Assembly: GCA_028867025.1 (NCBI GenBank) | Contig: JAGWHC010000001.1 | Coordinates: forward strand, 11,663-75,662 | Source of the DNA: Candidatus Micrarchaeota archaeon | GTDB taxonomy: Archaea; Micrarchaeota; Micrarchaeia; Micrarchaeales; CABMGC01 | Direction: 5' to 3' | DNA: 64,000 bases | Part shown: one piece after another, positions 28,475 through 36,920 of the stretch | Position numbering within the stretch: position 1 is the stretch's first letter | Layout: each line of letters starts with the position of its first letter | The notes under the pieces: generated by a model | Told to the model about the DNA's origin: nothing | Databases searched by the model: none | The model's input: only the letters and a program-made list of their open reading frames with translations | Program-made: the position numbers and the translations under genes

Positions 28475-28785
28475 AACACGTCCACCTTGAATATCTGGAC
28501 GAAAGGCACCTTGCCCACCTTTTTGACCTCGCCCTTGCCCACGAGTCCCTTGTTCATCATCACCGCCACAGACCTCTCTCCGACGACGTTAGCGGAGTAT
28601 ATCTCCTCATCGTCAACCATCCCGCTCGCCCTCTGCTCGCTGATCAGCTCGCCCCTGTAGAAGTCTGCGTACTTCTCAAGGTCGATGCAGAGCTTGCCCT
28701 GGCTGAGCACCTTGCCAAGCAGTTCCTCGTCGCACATCGCGAGTATTGTCCCCTGCTCGGCGGCATGCTTCTTTAGGAAGATCAT
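28471..28785 (-). CDS. DUF424-like small archaeal protein
   Basis: ILAMCDEELLGKVLSQGKLCIDLEKYADFYRGE resembles the conserved DUF424 N-terminal pattern as I remember it. Confidence 0.5.
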   Translation of the reverse strand: MIFLKKHAAEQGTILAMCDEELLGKVLSQGKLCIDLEKYADFYRGELISEQRASGMVDDEEIYSANVVGERSVAVMMNKGLVGKGEVKKVGKVPFVQIFKVDVF

Positions 28786-28795
28786 GAAATCGCCG

Positions 28796-30346
28796 CTAGC
28801 TGTATCTGGCGAAGAAGAAGAAGGCGGAGCTGTAGAGTATGCCGTACCAGAGAAGCCACAACGCCCCGGAGATGTTGTATACCAGAAACGCGACGAAGCT
28901 GCTTATGAAGAGCAGGCCCGAGAAGACGAGCTCGAAGCCCGCACGCCTTAGCGCGAAGAAGAACCTGTTGACCTTCTGTGCAGGCGCGGCGCCTTTGGGC
29001 CATCGCGGCGTTGTTGAGAGTATTGCAGCAAGCGCGCCCTTGAGCCTGACAAACGAGAGCGCGAAATTGAGCACGAACATCATCACTCCCTTGGAGTAGG
29101 AGCCGAAGTACGCCTTTGTCAGCGCCACAGGTATGAATATCGAGAGCAGGAAGGCGCTTATGCCTAGCAGCTCCAGGTTGAGCACGGTATAGGGCGGGGT
29201 GAAGACCTGCTTGATCGACGCGAAAGCGAAAGGCGCTGCGGATATGACGATGAGCATCGAGACCACTGTGAAGAGTATGAGTATTGAGGAGAGGTAGTTG
29301 AGCCCGAAGCCGTGGGCGGTGTAGTCTATCTTGGAAAGCGCCGAGAGGGTGCCCTTCTTGCTGAGCTTCCTGTGCTTGAGGAAGTAGATGAGGAACTGTG
29401 TGTCTCCGTAGTTGTATCTCCACTGCTGGTGCGCAAGCTCCGTGAAGCTGCCCATAGGCTTGCCCAGCGCGTACACCTGTGGCACATGGAGGCCCTTGAA
29501 GTTGTGCACGTCAGACTCGAAGCTGAAGAATGTGTCCTCGGTTATGTAGGGCGGGAAGCCTCCGATCTCATCGAGAGCCGAGCGCCTTATGATTGCGCAG
29601 GAGCCGGCGAATATGCCAGTGCCGTTGAGGACACGTGAGGGCTGTATCAGCTTGAAGAACAGGGCGTCGAACAGGTCAACAGTGTCGGAGAAGAAAGTGC
29701 CCTTTGCCACTCTTTTCTCGGTCTGAACGAAAGATACCTTGCTGTCCTGGAAGTATGGAAGCAGGTCGGTGAGGAAGTTCTCGTTGGTCAGGTATTCGTC
29801 GGCATCGAAGAATGCGAGATACTCCTCGCTCGATTTCTTGAGCATGCTGTTGAGCGCTCCCGCCTTGAAGTCCTTGCGCTCGTTCCTGTGCATGAATACT
29901 GCGCTATTCCTCCTGCTTATCTCCTCCATCGCGCCGACTATCTTCGGGTCTGTCGAGTCGTCGAGCACGTAGAACCTCAGTTTGGATTTGTCGTATTTCA
30001 GGTACTGCAGCCTGGCGAGGTTCTTTGCGACCATCTCCGGGTTCTCATTGTAAGTAGAAATTACAACAGCCACTGTTGGGTAGCTCCCCATCGGCTTGAG
30101 CCCCTTCTTTATCTTCTCAAGGTACTCGTCGTAGAAGTAGGAGCGGAAGTAGGAGTATGAGGAGATTATGTTGAACACTCCGGATATGAGCGACAGCGCT
30201 GTGAACGATATCGCAACAATGTACACGAACAGGTTGTCTGCCGTGACTATAAGGTATACGGAAAAGACAAGGCTGACGGAAGTGAGTCCGAAAAACAATA
30301 GCACTAGCAGAAGCCTTGATAGAACTCCTCTAGGAATCAGCCTCAA
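28796..30346 (-). CDS. Processive family 2 glycosyltransferase (cellulose/chitin-synthase-like) with flanking TM segments
   Basis: VAVVISTYNE, YVLDDSTDP, AFFDADE, TEDTFFSF and QQWRYNYG (Q-x-x-R-W type) motifs, with N- and C-terminal hydrophobic helices. Confidence 0.85.
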   Translation of the reverse strand: MRLIPRGVLSRLLLVLLFFGLTSVSLVFSVYLIVTADNLFVYIVAISFTALSLISGVFNIISSYSYFRSYFYDEYLEKIKKGLKPMGSYPTVAVVISTYNENPEMVAKNLARLQYLKYDKSKLRFYVLDDSTDPKIVGAMEEISRRNSAVFMHRNERKDFKAGALNSMLKKSSEEYLAFFDADEYLTNENFLTDLLPYFQDSKVSFVQTEKRVAKGTFFSDTVDLFDALFFKLIQPSRVLNGTGIFAGSCAIIRRSALDEIGGFPPYITEDTFFSFESDVHNFKGLHVPQVYALGKPMGSFTELAHQQWRYNYGDTQFLIYFLKHRKLSKKGTLSALSKIDYTAHGFGLNYLSSILILFTVVSMLIVISAAPFAFASIKQVFTPPYTVLNLELLGISAFLLSIFIPVALTKAYFGSYSKGVMMFVLNFALSFVRLKGALAAILSTTPRWPKGAAPAQKVNRFFFALRRAGFELVFSGLLFISSFVAFLVYNISGALWLLWYGILYSSAFFFFARYS

Positions 30347-30388
30347 TTTAGCCCCTCGTTTTATTTAGAATAAGCATATGTTGCATAC

Positions 30389-30402
30389 TAATATTAATTA
30401 AG
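30389..30402 (+). promoter_or_regulatory. TATA-like box of tRNA-Ser
   Basis: taatattaattaag is centred about 27 nt upstream of the tRNA 5' end. Confidence 0.5.
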
Positions 30403-30421
30403 CGTTGAGATACGTATCGAT

Positions 30422-30506
30422 GCCGGGGTGGCAGAATCTGGTCATCGCGCTGGTCCCGAAAACCAGTGCCCTTCGGGGCTTTAGGGTTCAAATCCCTACC
30501 CCGGCG
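30422..30506 (+). tRNA. tRNA-Ser (anticodon CGA), type II with long variable arm
   Basis: GCCGGGG/CCCCGGC acceptor with discriminator G. The anticodon arm is CTGGT-CCCGAAA-ACCAG, the variable arm is GCCC-TTCG-GGGC and the T arm is TAGGG-TTCAAAT-CCCTA. The D stem is imperfect. Confidence 0.85.
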
Positions 30507-30669
30507 AACGCTTTCCTGCGCGTCGCAGATTCAGGATAAAAAACCGAACAGTGTATGCTTCCCTTAAATAATTTTTATGGGCTAAAGTAAAATGTGGGTG
30601 TGGCGGCAGGCGAACACTTTTGGTTCTCCCCGATCCGCGTGTCTTCTCGCCTGGCCGCCCTTTCCCTAA

Positions 30670-31881
30670 TCACTTTTCCTTGATCAGTTCGTCAAGCAGG
30701 ACAGTGGCATAAGCTCCTTTCGGAAGCGAGAAGCTGAGCCTCACCTCCGGGCCAACGACGTTGAGAGAGATATCCTTGACTGGCGACAGGAGCGTCCTGT
30801 ATGCTCCCTTCATCGCAATCTCAGGCATTGGTTTTATTGCGAACTGCTCTTTTGACACCTGCATGCGTTCCATCGCCGCTTTTGCATAGCTGCCCAGCTC
30901 CTCGTCCCTGCTCTCATAGCCGACAAGCATACCTAGCGGAAACTCGCCCTCCGGGCCGGGGCTCTCAGAATCCGGGAACCCGTAGAAATTGCTGCGCGCA
31001 TAGGTAGCGCTTTTGAAATCTCCGCTTCTGACTCTCTGCTCAAGCTCCTCGTTGAATATCTGCGACTGCACAGCGTGTATGAACATCATTGCTATTCCCC
31101 TCGGCAGCAGTCTGAGCGAGTTGGCGTAGTTGCCCGGATACTTCGACAGGTAGTAGAGCACCTTCCTCTCGCCTCTCATGTATCTCGGGAACTGCTCGAG
31201 TGCGCCAGCGAAATCGAGCGTTTCCTTGAGCCGGACCCTGGCTTCGCGGACCTTTTCGTTGCGCTCCGCTCCAGAGCCGGTGAGGTACTCCATGACCGCC
31301 CCCTCGAAGTCCCCGGACAGGATTGCGAGGCCTACGGCGACGTTGTTGCCCCTCTCGCCGAATCTCTGCGCCCCGAAATAGTTGGGCATCTTCCCGTCAA
31401 GCTCGCTCAGTATCGCCTCTGCATTTTCAGGGCGCTCGGCTCCCCTGACTACCACCTCGAATGCGTTGCCCAGCTCCTGCCCCAGCGCAACGCCGTTGCT
31501 CCGCCACTGCCCGTTGATGCTTATGCCGCTTATCCGTATCGTGCCGAGATCAAAGGGGGTTGTGTGGAAGACGCTCGCCAGCTGCACGCTTACAGATTTC
31601 TTGTCCTTCGATCCGCAGTAAGCTGTTGACTTGCGCCCGTGGCCCATCTTTTTCGCGATTGCGAGCAGCGCGTCTACCGTGTTCCAGTCGCGCTTCTGCA
31701 GCACGAATGTTATGTGCTTGCCGTCCGCGGCCTCCTCAGCGCCAAGTGCTTTGGAATCGTAGCGCGTGTCAGGCTGCAGTATCTTGCCCTCGTTCGTTAT
31801 CTCCTTGACTACGAAATCTTCCGGAGAGTGCTTGATTCCGCCGCCGATGCCGGCGTGCTTGCTTAACGTCAGCAGAGCCAT
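30670..31881 (-). CDS. truD: tRNA pseudouridine synthase TruD/Pus7 family
   Basis: From ATG 31881 the translation reads MALLTLSKHAGIGGGIKHSPEDFVVKEI, the TruD N-terminal signature. The length is about 404 aa. The longer ORF-track start would run past the divergent gene's start. Confidence 0.85.
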   Translation of the reverse strand: MALLTLSKHAGIGGGIKHSPEDFVVKEITNEGKILQPDTRYDSKALGAEEAADGKHITFVLQKRDWNTVDALLAIAKKMGHGRKSTAYCGSKDKKSVSVQLASVFHTTPFDLGTIRISGISINGQWRSNGVALGQELGNAFEVVVRGAERPENAEAILSELDGKMPNYFGAQRFGERGNNVAVGLAILSGDFEGAVMEYLTGSGAERNEKVREARVRLKETLDFAGALEQFPRYMRGERKVLYYLSKYPGNYANSLRLLPRGIAMMFIHAVQSQIFNEELEQRVRSGDFKSATYARSNFYGFPDSESPGPEGEFPLGMLVGYESRDEELGSYAKAAMERMQVSKEQFAIKPMPEIAMKGAYRTLLSPVKDISLNVVGPEVRLSFSLPKGAYATVLLDELIKEK

Positions 31882-31927
31882 TGAAAAACATATAATAGCA
31901 TGACATACGTAGTATTTAGGGGTTTCT

Positions 31928-32737
31928 TTGGCTGATCGGGCGATAGCTGAAAGGCTACTCTTCAGGCTGGTAAGGAGGCACATAGCTGGCACCACCATGA
32001 GCTCCGCCATAGATAAGGCGAGGGAGCTGAACGACAAGAAGCTGCCGGTATCGCTCGCCTTCCTCAGCGAGAGCGCTCACGACAGCACAAAGGCGAGGTA
32101 CGCCACCACCACCTACCTCGAGCTGATAAGGCGCATCGCCAGGCTTGGGCTGAAGGCGAGCGTGCAGGTGCCCCTGGACCAGATAGGGTTCGACATCTCC
32201 GACGAGGTTGCGGAGAAGAACGTCAACGAGATACTGGCAACAGCAAGGAACTACGGCGTGTTCGTCTGGCTGGAGATACGCGACCACAGGTTCACGCTGC
32301 CCAGCTTTATTCACGAGGCAAAGGGCGTGGGCTACGCAGTGAACGTGGACCATTCCGACGATTACATCTACGCCAACAGGGGCCACATCAGGGCGCTGAA
32401 GATACTATGCACCGAGGCCCACGGGGACGGAAAGGAGGCGGGCAAGAGGATATCAGGGAAGGTGAAGACAGCAGCGAAGGTGGTCAGGAACGCTGTGGTA
32501 CAGTCGCCGCCCGATTCCGCGATGCGCGAGCTTCTCAACGGGGCGGGCGCCAAGAAGTCAATCATAATAGAGCTGCAGCTCGGCTACAGCAGCAAGAAGA
32601 TGAACAGGATAACCAAGAGGGGCGCGAGGGTGAGCGTGTACGTGCCTTTCGGCAAGGACTGGGAGCACTACGCGATAAGCAGGACGCCGGAGAGGTACGC
32701 GAGATTCCTAGCCACGAGGATACTCAAGGAGGCCTAG
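31928..32737 (+). CDS. Proline dehydrogenase (PRODH/PutA-type) family protein
   Basis: HIAGTTMSSAIDKAREL near the N-terminus. The C-terminal RVSVYVPFGKDWEHYAISRTPER resembles the YVPyG.dW..Y..RRlaERP end of monofunctional PRODHs. Confidence 0.55.
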   Translation: MADRAIAERLLFRLVRRHIAGTTMSSAIDKARELNDKKLPVSLAFLSESAHDSTKARYATTTYLELIRRIARLGLKASVQVPLDQIGFDISDEVAEKNVNEILATARNYGVFVWLEIRDHRFTLPSFIHEAKGVGYAVNVDHSDDYIYANRGHIRALKILCTEAHGDGKEAGKRISGKVKTAAKVVRNAVVQSPPDSAMRELLNGAGAKKSIIIELQLGYSSKKMNRITKRGARVSVYVPFGKDWEHYAISRTPERYARFLATRILKEA

Positions 32738-32740
32738 GCT

Positions 32741-33703
32741 ATGCAGAATGACATGCACGCTGACACTGTCTTCGTAACTGGCGCGACAGGCAGGCTTGGG
32801 CGCGCGACTGTCAAGGCGCTGATTGCATCGGGCTCAACGGTGAAGGCGCTTGTCATCAACAAGGACGACGTGAAGCATCTCGCCACAGGCGCGATACCGT
32901 TCATAGGCACGCTTAACGACGCAAGCGTGGTTGACGAGGCATGCGCCGGAGCAGACACTGTGTTCCACTTCGCCGCGATAGTCCACGCCGCAAGGTCGAC
33001 CGCCGAGGAGGTGATGGACGCCAACGTGGAGGGCACGAAGAGCCTGCTTGAAAGCTGCAAGAAGAACAAGGTCAAGCAGTTCATATTCACCAGCAGCATC
33101 GACGTGTACGGAAGGAAAAGGCAGGGCACTCTCACAGAGGAGTCCAAGCCGCTCCCGACGGACAAGTACGGCTACAGCAAGATGATTGCTGAGCAGGAGA
33201 TAGTGGCGAGCGGTGTCCCCTATACCATACTGCGCATGGCAAACGTCTACGGACCGGGCTTCGAGCACTCGTTCTTCAAGGTCTTCAGGGCGGTTAACGA
33301 GGGTAAGATGGTGATAATAGGCAAGGGGGACAACCACATGGCGCTGATTCATGTGCAAGACGTGGTGAAGGCGCTGATGCTGGTGAAGGAGAATCCGCGG
33401 GTGAGCGTTGGAAAGGTGTACAACATAGGCGACGGCGCTGTTTACACGCAGGAGGGCCTTGTGAACACGGTCGCCGACATGCTCGGCGTGCAGAGGCCGA
33501 CCAGGCACGTGGCCGAGGTGCTGGTCAGGATGCTCGCGAAGTCCAGGGGCCTGGACAGCGACGAGCTGCGATTCCTCACCTCCGACCGCGTCATAGACAT
33601 AGGCAGGATAAAGCGCGAGCTCGGGTTCGAGCCGGACATGGACATAAAGACTGGAGGCAGGGAGATGATAAACGAGTTTTTAAATAAGACGAGGACGAAA
33701 TAG
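32741..33703 (+). CDS. NAD-dependent epimerase/dehydratase family protein
   Basis: VFVTGATGRLGRATV Rossmann motif and YGYSKMIAE catalytic motif. Confidence 0.85.
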   Translation: MQNDMHADTVFVTGATGRLGRATVKALIASGSTVKALVINKDDVKHLATGAIPFIGTLNDASVVDEACAGADTVFHFAAIVHAARSTAEEVMDANVEGTKSLLESCKKNKVKQFIFTSSIDVYGRKRQGTLTEESKPLPTDKYGYSKMIAEQEIVASGVPYTILRMANVYGPGFEHSFFKVFRAVNEGKMVIIGKGDNHMALIHVQDVVKALMLVKENPRVSVGKVYNIGDGAVYTQEGLVNTVADMLGVQRPTRHVAEVLVRMLAKSRGLDSDELRFLTSDRVIDIGRIKRELGFEPDMDIKTGGREMINEFLNKTRTK

Positions 33704-33713
33704 GTTTGTTTGC

Positions 33714-34508
33714 ATGTCAATCAAAATCGGGAAGGTGGAGAAGTACATAAACGACACTCTGGCGAGCAAGGGCTCGATGCTCTTCATGCTCATAGACCCA
33801 GTTGATTACAAGACGTCGCAGGACGCGATAAAGACAGGAGTTGACAGCGCCGAGGGCGGCGCTGACCTCGTGCTCATCGGGGGCAGCATAGGCGCGCAGG
33901 GAGAACTGCTTGACAGCGTAACCGCAGGAATAAAGGACAAGGTGAAGCACGTGCCTGTGGTGCTCTTTCCGGGCAACATAGCAACCATAACGCCCCACGC
34001 CGATGCTGTTTACTTCATGTCACTGCTCAACGCCAGAAACCCGTATTGGATAACCCAGGCGCAGATGCTAGCAGCACCGCTGATAAAGCACCTGAAGATA
34101 GAGCCGCTGCCCATAGGTTACATAGTAATCGAGCCAGGAGGCACGGTCGGCTGGGTCGGAGATGTCAATATGATACCCAGGGCGAAGCCTAGAATAGCCG
34201 CAGCGCTCGCGGAAGCCGGAGAGTTCCTCGGCAACAGGATCATAATAACAGACGCTGGGTCAAACCCGCAACTGCAAGGATTCGGCCCGATACCGGCGAG
34301 CATAATAAGCGCCGTGAGGAACTCGATAAGCGTGCCGTATATAGTGGCTGGAGGAATAAGAACCTCCGACCAACTCCGCACAGCCTACAGGGCGGGAGCC
34401 GACATAGTGCAGATAGGCGCGGTGCTGGAGGAGAAGAACGGCGGCACCAGGGCGCTGGTTACAAAGTTCGAGAAGGTAGCGAAGGAGGAAGGGAGGAAGA
34501 GGAGGTAA
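33714..34508 (+). CDS. Geranylgeranylglyceryl phosphate synthase (GGGPS, PcrB family)
   Basis: LFMLIDP...GGADLVLIGGS...VVLFPGN...ADAVYFMSLLNARNPYWI...VAGGIRT is the collinear GGGPS TIM-barrel signature. Confidence 0.85.
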   Translation: MSIKIGKVEKYINDTLASKGSMLFMLIDPVDYKTSQDAIKTGVDSAEGGADLVLIGGSIGAQGELLDSVTAGIKDKVKHVPVVLFPGNIATITPHADAVYFMSLLNARNPYWITQAQMLAAPLIKHLKIEPLPIGYIVIEPGGTVGWVGDVNMIPRAKPRIAAALAEAGEFLGNRIIITDAGSNPQLQGFGPIPASIISAVRNSISVPYIVAGGIRTSDQLRTAYRAGADIVQIGAVLEEKNGGTRALVTKFEKVAKEEGRKRR

Positions 34509-34515
34509 TGCGATT

Positions 34516-35367
34516 GTGCCCGGCAAGATACGCGCCCTCTCATCTGCGGAACTGGGAGCAGTAGCAAAGGAGCTAGGAACCCTGGTCTCTTCCTATTTCA
34601 AGAACTTCTATGAGCTGAAGGAAGGCTCTTTCCTTATGACATTCTCGAAGGAGCGAAAAGAAACGGCTGTTTACATCAACCTCGCGAAGACTATCAACCT
34701 CACCGAGTTCAAGGAAAAAACAGGAGAGCCTACAGAGTTTGCGCTCTCGGTGAGAAAGAAGCTCGACGGAAACAAGGTGGAGAGCGTGGCGCAGCACGAA
34801 TCTGACAGGATACTCGTTATCTCTTTCTCTGGAAAGGAGCAGCGGAGGATGATAATCGAGATGTTCGACAGAGGCAACCTGCTGCTCGTCAACAAGGACA
34901 ACATAATAGAGCTTGTCTACAGCGGCAGGAGCTTCAAGGAAAGGAGCGTCAGGAAGAGCATGCTATACTCGTTCCCGCAGCAGCGCGGCAGCGCGGGCTC
35001 GGGAGCAGTATCGGAAAGGCTGAAGGAGGTCGAGTCGCACATGTTCGCCACTCTGAGCGAGCTGCTTGACTCGCTGTACGTGGATGAGAGAAGCACATCG
35101 CTCAATCCCGAGAAGAGCAGGGAGGCCGAGGAGCTGCAGAAGAGCGCGGGGAAGCTCCGCAAGCAGATGGAGGAGCTGAAGGTGAAGGCTGACGAGTACA
35201 GGGAGGCGGCCAACAGGATATTCGCGAACATGCACGAGATAAACGAGCTCATTTCGCTCGCGGGCAAAAGCAAGGCAAAGAGCGCAGAGCAGCTCGGCGA
35301 TACCGGAAGGATAAGGGTAAAAAGGCTCGATGCAAAGAAGAAGACCATAACTGTGGAGCTGGATTGA
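34516..35367 (+). CDS. NFACT-N (FbpA/Rqc2 N-terminal) domain protein, short form with coiled-coil tail
   Basis: LSSAELGAVAKELGTLVSSYFKNFYELKEGSFLMTF...DRILVISF...IIEMFDRGNLLLVNKD matches the NFACT-N pattern. The C-terminal 100 aa are coiled-coil-like. Confidence 0.6.
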   Translation: MPGKIRALSSAELGAVAKELGTLVSSYFKNFYELKEGSFLMTFSKERKETAVYINLAKTINLTEFKEKTGEPTEFALSVRKKLDGNKVESVAQHESDRILVISFSGKEQRRMIIEMFDRGNLLLVNKDNIIELVYSGRSFKERSVRKSMLYSFPQQRGSAGSGAVSERLKEVESHMFATLSELLDSLYVDERSTSLNPEKSREAEELQKSAGKLRKQMEELKVKADEYREAANRIFANMHEINELISLAGKSKAKSAEQLGDTGRIRVKRLDAKKKTITVELD

Positions 35368-35371
35368 CAGC

Positions 35372-36265
35372 ATGCAGATAAAGACGATAATACTTGGAAC
35401 CGCGGGCTCTGCGCCGACAAGGGAGCGGCGCATGCCGAGCGTGGCCATGATCTACGAAGGGGAGGTGCTGCTCTTTGACTGCGGAGAAGGGACGCAGTTC
35501 CGCATGCTCGAGCACGACATAAACCCGGTGAAGGTCAAGGCGATATTCATCAGCCACGCCCACGGAGATCACACGATCGGCATAGCGGGCCTGGTGCGCA
35601 CTATGGGCATGAACAACAGGAAGGAGCCGTTGCTGATATTCGTGCCGGCGGGGGACGAGAAGGTCATACAGAGCCTGATAACCTTCGACAGGGCGCTGAT
35701 AACATACAAGATAATCATAAGGGGAATAAGGTCGGGGCTTGTCTACTCCGGGCGCGAGTACGAGGTGTTGGCCTTCAAGCTCAGGCACACGATACCGACC
35801 TATGGCTACGCGTTCCGCGAGAAGAGCAAGACGAAGTTCAAGAAGGAGCTGGCGCACAGGCTCGGGATAAGGGGCGAGATGTTCTCCAAGCTGGAGAAGA
35901 ATGGAAGCGTGAAGGTGGGCAAGAGGACGGTAAGGCTGAGCCAGGTTTCCTGGAGGCAGGAGGGCAAGAAGATAGTCTACGCAACAGACACCAGGCCGAC
36001 GCAGGAGACAATCGCGGCAGCGAGGAACGCGGATCTGCTCATACACGAGTCATCTTACAAGGCCTCGGAGATAGGCCTTGCGAGGAAGCGCATGCACTCT
36101 TCAGCGGGCGAGGTGGCGATGCTTGCTAAAAAAGCAGGAGTCAAGCGCCTGGTGCTGACGCACATAAGCGCGAGGCACAGGACAGACACGGAGCTGCTTC
36201 GCGACGCGAGGAATATCTTCAAGAACACGGTCGTAGCCAATGATGGCTACACCGTGATTATTTAA
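35372..36265 (+). CDS. rnz: Ribonuclease Z (tRNA 3' endonuclease, metallo-beta-lactamase fold)
   Basis: ILGTAGSAPTRERRMPSVAM...LFDCGEGTQ...ISHAHGDH...LTHISARH. Confidence 0.85.
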   Translation: MQIKTIILGTAGSAPTRERRMPSVAMIYEGEVLLFDCGEGTQFRMLEHDINPVKVKAIFISHAHGDHTIGIAGLVRTMGMNNRKEPLLIFVPAGDEKVIQSLITFDRALITYKIIIRGIRSGLVYSGREYEVLAFKLRHTIPTYGYAFREKSKTKFKKELAHRLGIRGEMFSKLEKNGSVKVGKRTVRLSQVSWRQEGKKIVYATDTRPTQETIAAARNADLLIHESSYKASEIGLARKRMHSSAGEVAMLAKKAGVKRLVLTHISARHRTDTELLRDARNIFKNTVVANDGYTVII

Positions 36266-36266
36266 G
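36258..36266 (+). promoter_or_regulatory. TATA-like box of tRNA-Val
   Basis: ttatttaag is centred 28 nt upstream of the tRNA 5' end and overlaps the rnz stop codon. Confidence 0.5.
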
Positions 36267-36289
36267 CATAAGGAAGAAAAAAGAATTGC

Positions 36290-36360
36290 GGAGGCATCGT
36301 CTAGTGGTAGGACGGCAGATTGACATTCTGCAAGCGGGAGTCCAATTCTCCCTGCCTCCA
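36290..36360 (+). tRNA. tRNA-Val (anticodon GAC) with a non-canonical T-loop
   Basis: GGAGGCA/TGCCTCC acceptor with discriminator A. The D arm is GTCT-AGTGGTA-GGAC, the anticodon arm is GCAGA-TTGACAT-TCTGC and the T arm is GGGAG-TCCAATT-CTCCC. The variable loop is 4 nt. Confidence 0.8.
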
Positions 36361-36397
36361 TCGCTTGCTTTAATAGTTATCCTGGTCAATATAGTTG

Positions 36398-36742
36398 ATG
36401 GCATCGCTTACCGTAGAAGAAATAGTAGAGATAAATAGGAAAGTAGGCGAGAAAGGGACTTTGATAAATAAGGGAAACCTCGAGTTTACCGTCCAGAAGG
36501 TCGAAAAGGCAAAGGAACTTGGCAGGAAAGCGGCTTTGCTATTACACGATCTGATTGTGTTGCACCCTTTCCTTGATGGAAACAAAAGAACAGCATTTGT
36601 AAGCGCGAACACATTGGTAGAACTTGAAAGTAAAAAGCTGAAAATTACTGATAAAGAAGCGCTTGATCTTGCTTACGGGATAGCTAATGGAAAGTATAAT
36701 ATATCAAAAGTTGAAGATATTATTAGTAAGCTGATAGAATGA
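36398..36742 (+). CDS. doc: Doc (death-on-curing)/Fic-family toxin
   Basis: LHPFLDGNKRTAFVSAN matches the Doc variant (H-x-F-x-D-G-N-K-R) of the Fic motif. The size is 114 aa. Confidence 0.8.
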   Translation: MASLTVEEIVEINRKVGEKGTLINKGNLEFTVQKVEKAKELGRKAALLLHDLIVLHPFLDGNKRTAFVSANTLVELESKKLKITDKEALDLAYGIANGKYNISKVEDIISKLIE

Positions 36743-36858
36743 GAGGCTTCGTAGAGAAGATAGTCGACAGGATTATAGCAGAAAGGAAGAAACTACTTAA
36801 GATCATGGCTAGCGAAGCCTATGCACAACAACTACGAATGCAGCAAAAATCTCACTAA
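36739..36858 (+). CDS. Possible 39-aa ORF translationally coupled to doc (candidate cognate partner)
   Basis: ATG 36739 overlaps the doc stop in an ATGA arrangement. The translation is MRGFVEKIVDRIIAERKKLLKIMASEAYAQQLRMQQKSH. It is too short for the ORF track. Confidence 0.3.
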   Translation: MRGFVEKIVDRIIAERKKLLKIMASEAYAQQLRMQQKSH

Positions 36859-36920
36859 TGTGCATGAAATACTAGTAAAAATCCAGCTCACGTGACGTCG
36901 GTAATTCGTTGCCTCCAGTT

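Noticed and set aside
28782-29423. A 213-aa alternative-frame ORF inside the GT2 gene.
   Set aside because: The GT2 frame carries the DDSTD, DADE, TED and QQWRY motifs. The alternative frame is Arg/Leu/His-rich with no motif.
30602-30659. An imperfect inverted repeat, GGCGGCAGGCGA...TCGCCTGGCCGCC, enclosing about 33 nt just 3' of truD. I considered it as a possible small ncRNA, for example an H/ACA-like guide.
   Set aside because: I could find no ACA box, K-turn or C/D boxes. Its position immediately after the truD stop and before a T-rich stretch fits a transcript-end hairpin. I cannot test covariation here.
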